Below, piece by piece: positions 43,171 through 53,069 of a DNA stretch of 57,796 nt. A model generated the notes under the pieces. That model was not told the DNA's origin. It ran no database searches and saw nothing but the letters and a program-made list of their open reading frames with translations. Numbering within the stretch: the first letter of the stretch is position 1; each line of letters begins with the position of its first letter. The position numbers and the translations under genes were made by a program. This stretch comes from Thermoanaerobaculia bacterium (GTDB taxonomy: Bacteria; Acidobacteriota; Thermoanaerobaculia; Gp7-AA8): the NCBI GenBank assembly GCA_035273585.1, contig DATEOX010000746.1, positions 1 through 57,796 of the forward strand, in the 5' to 3' direction.

Positions 43171-44924
43171 CCCTCCTCCGCAACCGGAATGCTGACTTCG
43201 ATCGACGCGCCACCGTTCGAAGACTCGACGATGAGGGATCCTCCGAGAGCGCGTATGCGTTCCTTGAGCGTTCTCGGTCCGAGTCCCCGCCGTTCGAGTG
43301 CATCGAGATCGTGCCGTCCAGAGAATGCGAAGCCGCGGCCGTCATCGGCCACGCGGATGTCGATCAAGCCGTTGCGCAGAGCTACCGACACGACGGCGAG
43401 CGACGCGCGACCGTGACGCGCGGCGTTCGAGAGCGATTCGTTCACGATCCGGCAAAGCTCATGTGCGAGCCGGGCGGAGACGGCGATGGGCGCCGGAACC
43501 TCGACCTGCACCTCCAGTCCCACTCCACAGAAAGCGCTCGCGCATTCGCCTCAGCTCGTCCTCGACGATCGTTCGCGCCTCGCGCGCGTCGTGCGGCCGG
43601 AGCTCGCGTACGATCGTGCGCAACTCTCGCTGATCGTGCTCCAGAACAGCCTGCACTCGGCGAAGCTCCTCTTCGGCGTCCTCGTGTCCGGCGAAACGGC
43701 GGCGGAGTCCCGAAACCGTAATCCGACGCCCGCAAGAGACTGGACGATGCCGTGATGCAGCTCGCGCGAGATCCGGAGTCTCTCCTCCGCACTCGCCGTC
43801 TGCCGCACCTGCTGAACGAAGAAAAACTGCTCCAGCGTCGCCAGTACCAGCCGGCCTGCGATGTGCGCGAGGGCCAGCTCGTCTGCCGTCGCCGTGCGCA
43901 CGTCGGGTACGACGAACCGGGCGGAAAGCGTTTCGCTCTTCAACGAGACGACGATCGCGGTTTGGATCGCATATCGATCGCGAAGCTGCTGTCCGATCGG
44001 GTCACCGGCGGTTTCGATGACCGACGATCGCGTGGGGTCGTAAACGAGCATCGATCGGCCGTTCTCGCGAGCGAAGACGCTCGCGCTCAGCGAATCGAAA
44101 GGGGCATCGTACGTACCGGGCGGCACGCGCTCCACACGAAACGCGTCGCGCGAGTAGCTGGCCGCATGGACCCACGGCTCTTCGCTCTCTTCCCACACCA
44201 GCAGGACTCGCGCGGCGCGGACGGATGCGGCATGGGCCAGCGTTCCGCCGAGGACCTCATCCATCCGGGAGGCCAACTCGCGGGGCCATGTGGCCAGCGA
44301 GGCCAGCTCCGGGCGGAGCTTCTGCTGATAGATGCCGAGATGAACCAACAGTGCGGTGAGCAGGCCGAGATAGGTGACCCGAATGACCGCGCGGCCGATT
44401 TCGAATTCCGGGTCGCCGTACCAGGCCACGGTCGCCATCGCTCCGTAGATGGCGATGGCCGCGACGCCCGTGGCGGGGATCCCACGCTATGAAAACCGCA
44501 CCGTGGCGCAGAACAGGGCGAACACGAAGTACAGAAAGAACGGACTGGCCGGCGCTTCGGTGAGATCGACGAAGACGGAGAACAGCACCAGGTCGAGCGC
44601 ATGCGAGAGGAGTCGCCATCGCGTCGACGGCACCCGTGCACGCCATGCGATCGCAGTCGAAGCGAGCGCGTACACGGCATAGATGAGCAGCAGGCCGTAC
44701 GTCACGCTCTGATGGCGCGCCGGCGTGACGGCTCGAGGTAAATCGCCGCGAGCGACGAGGAGGCGAGTACGAAGCGGCCCGTCGCGATCAACCCGTTCGG
44801 CACGTGCATGCGGCACGTAATCGGGGCGAATCGCATTTCCGCTGTTGGATGTCACGTCGCGATCCAACCTATCCGAGCTGACCTGCCTTCCACCCCTATC
44901 CGAAGTCGAGGCCGGCCTCACCAC
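43167..44924 (-). pseudogene. Membrane histidine kinase (HisKA_3/NarX-type) with an in-frame TAG (44487-44489) and two frameshifts
   Basis: VRFS-TAG-RGIPATGVAAIAIYGAMATVAWYG is one continuous frame. H-box RISRELHHGIVQ; QRELRTIVRELRP in a second frame; NESLSNAARHG...DDGRGF in a third. Confidence 0.75.
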
Positions 44925-45008
44925 ATGAACGGCGCAATGGATGATCCGGCTTTCCTAGACTGCGAGCCGGCCGGTCATGGCCGGCACGTCGATCGTTCCG
45001 AGGATGTC

Positions 45009-45587
45009 ATGCGAAAGAAAGCGTTGCTCATCAGCCTCTTGTCCGTGTGCATATTCATTGCTGCCGGCTGCCGTTCCCGCAAAACGGTGCCGCCGCGGGT
45101 GGCACCGCCTGTTGCCACGGCGACGGAATCGGAACCGAAACCGACCGAGCGGGTCGCGCCTCCCCGACTCGACATTTCAACCTCGCCCGACACGCGCGAC
45201 ATGTTGAGCGAGGACATCGCCGAGGCGGATCGCACGGCGCGCGAGCGGGGGTGGATTCGTGATGCCTTCTTCGCTTTCGACGCCTCGACCCTCGACGCCG
45301 ACGCCCAAGAGGCGTTGCAGCAGTCGGCCTCATGGCTGCGCGATCATCCGGGATTCCGCATCCGGGTCGAAGGGCACTGTGATGAGCGCGGCACCGAACA
45401 ATACAACCTCGCGCTCGGGGACCGGCGAGCGGAGGCCGCGGTTTCGTTCCTCGCGGCATTGGGCGTAGATCCCAGCCGGATGCAGGCCGTGAGCTACGGT
45501 GAAGAGCGTCCATCCGAGGAAGGCTCCAGTGAGGAAGCGTGGGCGCAGAATCGCCGCGCACACCTCGTGCTCTCCGGGCGCCGCTGA
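45009..45587 (+). CDS. pal: Peptidoglycan-associated lipoprotein (OmpA family)
   Basis: MRKKALLISLLSVCIFIAAGC lipobox. FFAFDASTL...VEGHCDERGTEQYNLALGDRRAEA... Confidence 0.85.
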   Translation: MRKKALLISLLSVCIFIAAGCRSRKTVPPRVAPPVATATESEPKPTERVAPPRLDISTSPDTRDMLSEDIAEADRTARERGWIRDAFFAFDASTLDADAQEALQQSASWLRDHPGFRIRVEGHCDERGTEQYNLALGDRRAEAAVSFLAALGVDPSRMQAVSYGEERPSEEGSSEEAWAQNRRAHLVLSGRR

Positions 45588-45692
45588 ACGATGACGACCG
45601 TTTCGCGGCGCGCGGTGCACGCGCCGCGAGAGGCAACGCGAGCCGGCGGTACCGGGCTGCCGCCGGCTCGCGACCTTTCGATTGGCCATCCT

Positions 45693-45881
45693 ATGGAATC
45701 AGAAACGATTGGCGCCTCGATCGCGCGTTTGCAGTCCATCGCGGTCGACGTGTCCGGCTTGCGACGGGCACTCGATGCCGAAGCGCTGTCGGTCAGCGAT
45801 CGTCAATACTTGTCGCGTTGTTTCGATCTCCTCCAAATGGAGCTCGACGCGCTGCGGCAATACCTCGACGGTTTGTCGTGA
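45693..45881 (+). CDS. Small hypothetical helical protein
   Basis: MESETIGASIARLQSIAVDV..., 62 aa. Start chosen inside the 96-aa track ORF. No family recognised. Confidence 0.35.
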   Translation: MESETIGASIARLQSIAVDVSGLRRALDAEALSVSDRQYLSRCFDLLQMELDALRQYLDGLS

Positions 45882-45896
45882 CCGGATGCGGCGGCG

Positions 45897-46148
45897 TCAC
45901 CGCCGGTTTCTATCCACGATGGCGATGATGATCACGATGAAGGCGCTCAGTCGGAGGAGATAGAGGAGTGCCTGCTGCTCGAGGTTGTCCTGCGTCAAGG
46001 CGATCGCGAGCCGCTGGACGGCGAGCACGGTGAACGCGGCGGAAAACAAGACGAACAGGCGATCGCGCGTTTTCGTCCAGAACCGAAGGAAGAAGAGGGC
46101 GATTGCCGCGTACTCGGCGATCAGCATGCCCGACAGGAGGTCCTTCAC
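45897..46148 (-). CDS. Small 3-TM membrane protein (paralogue of the upstream gene)
   Basis: GTG overlaps the upstream stop (GTGA). LFFLRFWTKTRDRLFVLFSAAF parallels LLFRGYQRSRARLLLWSGVCF. Confidence 0.55.
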   Translation of the reverse strand: MKDLLSGMLIAEYAAIALFFLRFWTKTRDRLFVLFSAAFTVLAVQRLAIALTQDNLEQQALLYLLRLSAFIVIIIAIVDRNRR

Positions 46149-46405
46149 TGCGCCTCCCAGATCAATCCATAGAGCAGCGCTCCGGCGCCGATGACCGCCG
46201 GCACGATACGCCACAACGAAAGATCCATCGCCGCTCCGGCGCGGACGTCGATCACCAGCAGGACGTTGTTCAACGCCAACCCGATGAAGCACACCCCGCT
46301 CCATAGCAACAGGCGGGCGCGCGACCGCTGATATCCGCGGAACAGCAGAATCGCGCAGAGGATACTGGTGACGGCGCAGAGAATGTAGACGAGGTTTCCG
46401 AGCAT
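46145..46405 (-). CDS. Small 3-TM membrane protein
   Basis: 86-aa ORF, MLGNLVYILCAVTSILCAILLF.... Paired with 45897-46148. Confidence 0.6.
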   Translation of the reverse strand: MLGNLVYILCAVTSILCAILLFRGYQRSRARLLLWSGVCFIGLALNNVLLVIDVRAGAAMDLSLWRIVPAVIGAGALLYGLIWEAQ

Positions 46406-46415
46406 GGGCGTCGTT

Positions 46416-46790
46416 CTATTTCTTCAACCTGAATGCGTCCGAGAAGCTTTGAAGCGGGTCGCGGGGCGCCGCCACGGCCGCGGCCACGGCGTCGCGATTC
46501 GTCGTCAGTGCGTCGCGGAGCTCGTCCAGGAGCGCTTCGGTGGCGGCATCGGCAGTCATGTACCGGTAGCGCGGGACGGCGCTCGGTTCAAAGGCGATCA
46601 TTCCCGCCGACGCGAGAAGGAAAAGCCGCATGGCCGCGGTCTCGGGCGCGCTTCGCAGCGCCGCCGCAACTTCGGGCGCGGCCCACGACCGATCGCGATC
46701 GCCACGAAGCAGCATGACCACATCGATCTGCTCGAGTGAGGTGAGTCGCTCCTCGAGAAATGCCTTCAGCGGTTCGGAAACCACGACCAT
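46416..46790 (-). CDS. Hypothetical protein
   Basis: Start taken at MVVVSEPLKAFLEERL. A longer N-terminus (up to 47069) is possible. Confidence 0.45.
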   Translation of the reverse strand: MVVVSEPLKAFLEERLTSLEQIDVVMLLRGDRDRSWAAPEVAAALRSAPETAAMRLFLLASAGMIAFEPSAVPRYRYMTADAATEALLDELRDALTTNRDAVAAAVAAPRDPLQSFSDAFRLKK

Positions 46791-47408
46791 CTCCGGAGGA
46801 ACGATAACAGTGAGCGCCGTTTGCACATGTCCCGTAAAGGGGGTAGACGGAGCACGCGAGCATCCCCCCTTCACCGGATGGACGCCTCCGCTCCGGAGCG
46901 GCATAGTCCTGTCCCGATGATGTTCGTGGTCGAAAAAATGGACTTGACGGACGGGCGCGGTTCTCTCGAATGGAGCCGAACGCCTGCGCCTCGGCGGCAT
47001 TGCGAGATCCTCGGCGCGGATGCGCAGCGCGCGCTGGCCGCGGTCGTGGCTGGCGAAGGCGGCGTCCAACTCGGCGTCGCCGCGACGTATACCGATGGGC
47101 AGGCCATCATGGTCGCGCGGAAAGGCCAGCTCCTTTACGCGCTCCGTGCCGTTCCACGGGAGCCGGTCCGGTCATGACCCACTGGGTGATGAAAAAGCGC
47201 GAGCTGTTCGACACGATCGCGGACCATCGCATCCGGCGCTTCGGACGCGAGCGCGAACGACGCTCTCCTGCGCGCGGACACGGCTGTCGCGGAGCGGGAG
47301 ATCGACGCCATGAGGACGCTGCAGGACGCCGAGGGGAACGAGAATGTCCGCATTCTGGTCGGTGCGGTGGAGCGTAAAATCCGCAAGCGTTCCCGGTGAT
47401 CGCGTGCT

Positions 47409-48278
47409 CTACGATGCGATCCTGCGCGCACGTCGCTTCGGCGTGGCGAGCGCCCGCAGCGCCTCGTCCACAGCCGCCGCCCAGCCGTCCGGCGCGGGCG
47501 AGGGTGCGACCCGGGCACTGCGCAGCTTCTCCAGTAATTGCGGATCGGGCCTCCCATCGGAACCAGGAACGACGATGGCGACGTCGGCGCGGGTCAGAAA
47601 CTCGGCATCCACGGCTGAACCGCCGACTGCGATCGCGATGTCGCATTGCAACTCGTCGCGAATCCGCGCGAACGCCTCTCCTTCGTCGCATTCGCGGCAC
47701 AGGTGGAAGAATCTTCGGCCCCGGCGCACCGAGAACCCGATCTCTGCTGCGGCTCTCCTGATCGACGCCAGTTCTCCACTCTCGATGATGAATGGCTCGC
47801 TGTAGCAGCGATGCGTCGAGGCGTGGAGCATCTGCCCCGAACGGCCCGATGCGAGTGCTGCCGCGGACTCGTCCATCGCGGAGTAGACGAGCAGGTTGGC
47901 GCCGGATCGATCTTCGATTCGGTTCACGACATCGAGGAGCGTCTCGGCGGCAGGCGCGCAGGCCTCGACATCCCATCCTTCGCCGTTCCACCGTGCGATC
48001 GCTCCGCCCGCTTCGATGATCATCGCCTGCTGCAATCCGAGCTCCGACGCGATCGGTGCGATCTCGTCGAGCGTCATGACGGAGACGGGAACGACCGGAA
48101 TGTTCGCCGCGCGCAGTTGCTGAATCATGGCGCGGTTCGCTCCCGCCTCGAACGTGCGCGAATCCAGCAGCGTCCCATCGAGGGCCGTGAAGACGACGAT
48201 GCGATGTCCATGACTGCTCGCAACGCCGGTTCGGCCTTTCGGCCGAATGCGGACGGCAGAACGGGATTTCGATTCCAT
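47409..48278 (-). CDS. Mannosyl/glucosyl-3-phosphoglycerate phosphatase-like HAD-IIB protein lacking the catalytic residues
   Basis: IVVFTALDGTLLDSRTF...LRAANIPVVPVS...GLQQAMIIEAGGAI is collinear with E. coli YedP (LLVFSDLDGTLLDSHSY...). Start is uncertain (ATG 48278 or GTG 48338). Confidence 0.65.
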   Translation of the reverse strand: MESKSRSAVRIRPKGRTGVASSHGHRIVVFTALDGTLLDSRTFEAGANRAMIQQLRAANIPVVPVSVMTLDEIAPIASELGLQQAMIIEAGGAIARWNGEGWDVEACAPAAETLLDVVNRIEDRSGANLLVYSAMDESAAALASGRSGQMLHASTHRCYSEPFIIESGELASIRRAAAEIGFSVRRGRRFFHLCRECDEGEAFARIRDELQCDIAIAVGGSAVDAEFLTRADVAIVVPGSDGRPDPQLLEKLRSARVAPSPAPDGWAAAVDEALRALATPKRRARRIAS

Positions 48279-48344
48279 GCCGGAGGACGATAGTGCGAAT
48301 GCGCCTCCGATCCCATCCGGCAAAGGGGGGAGCGGCACCGGGCG

Positions 48345-48485
48345 CTACTTACAGGCCGGATGTCCGCACGAACAGCGGCCGTTTTCCATCTCTCCATTCC
48401 GGCACGATTCGGAGCAGTATCCGTCGCTCTGAACGTCGTTGCCCGCGCAGTGACATGCTTCGTGTTTGCATTTCGCGTCGTTCAT
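48345..48485 (-). CDS. Prokaryotic metallothionein (SmtA/BmtA-like), 46 aa
   Basis: GGAGG 6 nt upstream. MNDAKCKHEACHCAGNDVQSDGYCSESCRNGEMENGRCSCGHPACK: 9 Cys and 3 His in the SmtA-like pattern (KCACEPCLC...YCSEAC...GCGHTGC). The longer track ORF is spurious upstream. Confidence 0.75.
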   Translation of the reverse strand: MNDAKCKHEACHCAGNDVQSDGYCSESCRNGEMENGRCSCGHPACK

Positions 48486-48681
48486 CGGGAGTTCCTCCGC
48501 CGGATCGTCGTTGCAATGAGGAAGCCGGACGCGACCTTCTCCCCTGTCGACCGGATGTACATCGCTTCCACGTGGCCATAACCTGCGGCTCGTGGATGGC
48601 GACGGCCGCGTCGCGGCGGCAACGGTGAGCACCTCCCGGCCTCTGCCGCGGACGTCGTCGCCCACGCCAGGAGGGAGGCGA

Positions 48682-50955
48682 ATGTCGAATCGTGAAGCAT
48701 CGGATCTGCGGTCGCGTTTGCGGCGCGCGCTCAGCGGGTCGGCGCGGATGCGCGACACCCTGCTCGTGATGGCGATCGCTCTTCTCGTCGCCGGCCTGAT
48801 CTTCGGTCTGCTCTACGACGTGTTCGACTCTGCACTGCGCCGCTGGACCGATCGCGATCTGAACCGGCGCGCGCATCTCATCGGCGTCGCGGTACAGAGC
48901 CATGCGCGCGACCTGACGCCGGCCAGACTTCAGACCGTGCTGTCCGATCTCTCCACCACCGAAGACGCCGCGCATCTCGTCGCCTGCTCGCCGACCGGAA
49001 CACCCATCACGGCCACCGGCATCGCGCGCGGACTCGGGTGCCGATCCGATCTCGCGATGACCGCCCTTCGCGCGGACGGCAAGTCCATGCGCGGGCGGTT
49101 GGGAGCGCACCTCGTCGTCGTCACCGCGCACGCCGTCGGTGAGGGAAGAACGCTGTTCGTCGTGCAGGACCGGACCTTCCTCGATGCGCGCCGCAAGCAT
49201 CTCCTGCAGATTCTGTTCATTTCGGCGGAGCTGGTATTGCTCGCCCTGTTGCTCCTCGCGCGCGCCGGGTGGCGAATCGGCAGCCGGCGAACCGAGGAGG
49301 CCGCGCGATCGATCGTTCGCCGGATGCGCTCCGGTGCCATCGATCCCGCGCCGATTCCCCGCGATCTGCGATTGCTCGTGCGCGACATGCACGAGACCGT
49401 GGAGCATCTCCGCGTCGGAAGCGGGAGCGACAGAGGCGGCGCGGAGCGTCTTCGCGCGGTGGTCGGCGCCCGGATTCCGGACGGCGGCCTGGTGGTGATC
49501 GCCAATCGGGAGCCGTACGCTCACGAATGGGACAGCGGAGGGAAGGTCGTCGTGCAGCGTCCGGCCAGCGGCCTCGTGACGGGGATCGAGCCGATCCTTC
49601 GCGCATGCGGCGGAACGTGGATTGCGTACGGCGGCGGCTCGGCCGATCGCGTGAGCTCGGACCGCACGGGTCACGTGGCCGTTCCTCCCGACGGGCCCGA
49701 ATACACATTGCGGCGGCTCTTCATCGAAGAGGATGCCTACGAGCGCTACTACTCCGGCTTTGCCAACGAAGGCCTATGGCCGCTCTGCCACATCGCGCAC
49801 ACGCAGCCGTCGTTCCGCGCGTCCGACTGGCTCGCGTATCAGGCCGTGAATGAGACGTTCGCCAGAGCGGCCGTCGAGGAAACGAACGCCGATGGATTGC
49901 TGCTCATTCAGGACTATCACTTCGCGCTCGTGCCGAAACTCGTGCGCGATCGGGCCCCGCACATCGTGACGAGCCTCTTCTGGCACATCCCCTGGCCGAG
50001 CTCCGAAGTGGTGGGCATCTGCCCCTCGAAGGAAGAGATCCTCGACGGGATGCTCGGAGCGGACATCGTCGGGTTCCACACGCGGCAGTACTGCCTGAAC
50101 TTCCTCGAGACCGTGCAACGCTATCGCGAATGCCGCGTGGACTTCGAATCGATGTCGGTTACGCACGGCGGACATCGCACCCAGGTCCGCGAGTACCCGA
50201 TCAGCGTGGAGTGGCCGTATCCTGCCGCGTCGCGCGCGGAGGGGGACATTCTGCGGCGCTCGCTCGGGATTCCGCCGGAGGCGCATGTGAGCGTCGGCGT
50301 CGATCGTGCGGACTACACGAAAGGGCTCCTCGAGCGCGTTGCCGCGGTGGAGCTGTTGCTCGAAGAGAACCCGTCGCTCATCGGCAAGTACATCTTCGTG
50401 CAGCTCGCGTCGCCGACGCGTACGCGCATTCGCAAATACCAGCGGCTCGCCGACGATCTGCGCGAGCTCGTCGATCGGGTCAACGAACGCTTCGGAACGG
50501 AGACCTGGAAACCGATCATCCTCGAAATGCGGACGTTCGCACCCGACGAAGTCCGGCGGTTCTACGCGATGGCCGACAGCGCACTCGTCACGCCGCTGCA
50601 CGATGGAATGAACCTCGTTGCCAAGGAATATGTCGCTGCATGCAACGACGGGGATGGGGTACTCGTGCTCAGCACGTTCGCCGGCGCCGCAAAGGAGCTC
50701 GACGGCGCCCTGATCGTCAATCCCTATGACACACAGCAGGTCGCCGAGAGCGTCCTGCGCGCGATCCTCATGCCGCTCGCCGAACGCCGCGCGCGCATGC
50801 AGACCATGCGCGATCAGATCGCGTCGCATTCGATTTACGACTGGTCGGAGAAACTGCTCACCGATATGAGCGAGCTACGGCAGCGACAGACGCGCTTCTG
50901 GCCGCAGCGAACATCCCCGCGCGGGCCGAGACCGCAGGAGGTGGTGGCCGGATGA
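48682..50955 (+). CDS. otsA: Trehalose-6-phosphate synthase (GT20) fused to an N-terminal two-TM sensor-like domain
   Basis: ATG after GGAGGGAGG. TM1 [18 protein letters not shown], about 150-aa loop, TM2. GT20 core VVIANREPY...GLWPLCH...[10 protein letters not shown]...FWHIPWP...GFHT. Confidence 0.85.
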   Translation: MSNREASDLRSRLRRALSGSARMRDTLLVMAIALLVAGLIFGLLYDVFDSALRRWTDRDLNRRAHLIGVAVQSHARDLTPARLQTVLSDLSTTEDAAHLVACSPTGTPITATGIARGLGCRSDLAMTALRADGKSMRGRLGAHLVVVTAHAVGEGRTLFVVQDRTFLDARRKHLLQILFISAELVLLALLLLARAGWRIGSRRTEEAARSIVRRMRSGAIDPAPIPRDLRLLVRDMHETVEHLRVGSGSDRGGAERLRAVVGARIPDGGLVVIANREPYAHEWDSGGKVVVQRPASGLVTGIEPILRACGGTWIAYGGGSADRVSSDRTGHVAVPPDGPEYTLRRLFIEEDAYERYYSGFANEGLWPLCHIAHTQPSFRASDWLAYQAVNETFARAAVEETNADGLLLIQDYHFALVPKLVRDRAPHIVTSLFWHIPWPSSEVVGICPSKEEILDGMLGADIVGFHTRQYCLNFLETVQRYRECRVDFESMSVTHGGHRTQVREYPISVEWPYPAASRAEGDILRRSLGIPPEAHVSVGVDRADYTKGLLERVAAVELLLEENPSLIGKYIFVQLASPTRTRIRKYQRLADDLRELVDRVNERFGTETWKPIILEMRTFAPDEVRRFYAMADSALVTPLHDGMNLVAKEYVAACNDGDGVLVLSTFAGAAKELDGALIVNPYDTQQVAESVLRAILMPLAERRARMQTMRDQIASHSIYDWSEKLLTDMSELRQRQTRFWPQRTSPRGPRPQEVVAG

Positions 50956-51653
50956 GCGGCTCGACTCTTCTGGCGTTCGACTTCGACGGTACGCTCGCAC
51001 CGATCCGTGATGATCCCGGCCAAGTGCAGATCGATCGCGCCGCCGCCGCGCTGCTCGCCGAGACCACGCACATGCGAGGCGTCGTCGTGGCCATCGTGTC
51101 CGGCCGGGATGCGGACGATCTGACGGCGCGGGTCAACGCACCGGGCGCGTACCTCATCTCGTCGCACGGTCTGGAGATCCACTCCCCGGGCGGCGTCCTC
51201 GTCCGCGACATGCCGGCGCTGGCGATCGAGCTCGACTCCGAGCTTGGGCGCGAGATCGCTGCGAGCGGTCTGCGTCTGGAATCGAAGAAGCACGCGCTCG
51301 CGCTGCACTGGCGCGGAGTACCGTATGAGGCGATCGCCCCGGTCATCGAGATGTTCCGGCGGTGGGCGAGGCAGTCGCATCTCGATGTGATCGAAGGACG
51401 GTGCGTGGTAGAAGCGCGCCGGCCGGGCGGCGGCAAGGAGGAGGCGTTGCGATGGCTCGCGCGCGCGGTCGGTGCCGGACGCGTCGTGTACGCGGGCGAC
51501 GACATCACCGACTTCGGACCATTGAAGTTCGCGTCGGAGAACGGTCGCGCGCTCTTTTTCGCCAGCGGGGAGCGGGAGCCTCCTCCGGGCGTGACGGTCG
51601 TTGGCTCGTTCCGCGAGCTCTTCCGTCTCATCCGCGAGGAAGTGATGATCTGA
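50952..51653 (+). CDS. otsB: Trehalose-6-phosphate phosphatase
   Basis: ATGA overlap with otsA. LAFDFDGTLAPI (DxD), IVSGRD, YAGDDITD. Confidence 0.85.
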   Translation: MSGSTLLAFDFDGTLAPIRDDPGQVQIDRAAAALLAETTHMRGVVVAIVSGRDADDLTARVNAPGAYLISSHGLEIHSPGGVLVRDMPALAIELDSELGREIAASGLRLESKKHALALHWRGVPYEAIAPVIEMFRRWARQSHLDVIEGRCVVEARRPGGGKEEALRWLARAVGAGRVVYAGDDITDFGPLKFASENGRALFFASGEREPPPGVTVVGSFRELFRLIREEVMI

Positions 51654-51659
51654 CGACGC

Positions 51660-53069
51660 GTGTTGTCGGTTGCAGTGCCGATTCGAATGTCGAGGAAATG
51701 GCAGAGAAGATTCCTGGCCACGTGGCCTGTGACGGCGGCCGCGCTGGCCGGGCTGCTGCTCCTCATCTACACGTCCGTGGCCACGACGTCGCACAAGGCC
51801 GAGGAGATCTACGCGCAGCTCGATCAGTTGAACACGCATCATCGAGACGTCGAGAGCACGCTCCGCCGTCTCCGGGCGGACGTGTACCTCTCCAGCATCT
51901 ACATTCGCGACTATCTTCTCGATACGGATTCCGCGGATGGTCCGGAGTATCGCCAGCAGTTGACCGAGCTGCGCCAGAAGCACACGGCCTCCGTGAAGGA
52001 GCTTCGCACGCTGCTGCCGGCCACCGTGGCGCAGCGCATGGACAATCTGGATCATCGCCTGGACGAGTACTGGGAGGCGTTCGAGCCGCTGTTCGAGTGG
52101 TCCGCCTACGAGAAGCTGATGCGGAGTGGCCGGTTTCTCCGGCGCGAGGTGCTGCCGCGGCGCGAGGCTGTCCTGGCCATCACCAGCGACATCGAACAGT
52201 TGAACAACACCAATCTCGCGACGCAACGCGCGGAAGTCAGCCGGCGTCTGGCCGTCTTTCACCAGGATCTCCACCGCCGCCTCTGGCGCACGCTTTTTCT
52301 CGGCTTCGTCGTCGCGCTCATCGCCGTCATCCGTCTGCGCATGCTCGAGCGCCGGTCGGAACGACAGCGTCTCCATGCCGAACAGGCCGAACAGGAGATG
52401 CGGCTCCTCTCCCAGCAACTCGTCGCCGCACAGGAAAAGGAGCGAAAGAAGCTCACCCGCGAGCTGCACGATCACGTCGGTCAGATGCTCACCGCCTTGC
52501 GCATGGAAGTGGGTCGCGCCGACCGTGCCCGTGGACATTCAGATGCTCAACTGTCGCAGGCCATCGCCGAGGCCAAGCGCCTTCTCGACACGATCCTCCG
52601 CTCGGTGCGTGATCTGGTGATGGGGCTGCGTCCGAGCATGCTCGACGACTTCGGTCTGCAGCCCGCGCTGGAGTGGCACGTGCGCGATTTCCGGCGGCGG
52701 TTCGGCATCCCGGTCGATCTCACGCTCGCCGGCGACATTGATTCGTTACCCGACCAGTACCGCACCTGCATCTATCGGATCGTGCAGGAGGCGCTGACGA
52801 ACTGCGCGCGTCACGCTCAGGCGAAACGCATCGAGGTCAACGTGCAGCTCGCACAGAACACGCTCGACCTGGTCGTCGCAGACGACGGTACCGGTATCGA
52901 TCCCGGCCGTGCCCGCGGAGTAGGGTTGCTCGGAATCGAAGAGCGCGTCCGCGAGCTCCGCGGAACGTTCGAGATCGGCACGCAAAAGCCGAACGGCACG
53001 GAGTTGCACGTTACGATGCCCATCGCCGTGTCGATCGAGGAGGGCCAACGTGCGCGTGCTACTGGCTGA
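51660..53069 (+). CDS. Sensor histidine kinase (HisKA_3, NarX/LiaS type)
   Basis: Two TM with a periplasmic helical domain. H-box LTRELHDHVGQ; QEALTNCARHA; DDGTGI; GVGLLGIEERV. Confidence 0.88.
   Translation: MLSVAVPIRMSRKWQRRFLATWPVTAAALAGLLLLIYTSVATTSHKAEEIYAQLDQLNTHHRDVESTLRRLRADVYLSSIYIRDYLLDTDSADGPEYRQQLTELRQKHTASVKELRTLLPATVAQRMDNLDHRLDEYWEAFEPLFEWSAYEKLMRSGRFLRREVLPRREAVLAITSDIEQLNNTNLATQRAEVSRRLAVFHQDLHRRLWRTLFLGFVVALIAVIRLRMLERRSERQRLHAEQAEQEMRLLSQQLVAAQEKERKKLTRELHDHVGQMLTALRMEVGRADRARGHSDAQLSQAIAEAKRLLDTILRSVRDLVMGLRPSMLDDFGLQPALEWHVRDFRRRFGIPVDLTLAGDIDSLPDQYRTCIYRIVQEALTNCARHAQAKRIEVNVQLAQNTLDLVVADDGTGIDPGRARGVGLLGIEERVRELRGTFEIGTQKPNGTELHVTMPIAVSIEEGQRARATG

Noticed and set aside
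47100-47400. Fragmentary plus-strand coding signal (MKKRELFDTIADHRIRRFGRE... then ...NDALLRADTAVAEREIDAMRTLQDAEGNENVRILVGAVERKIRKRSR in another frame).
   Set aside because: No single open frame with a start codon. It would require a frameshift, and no family is recognised.
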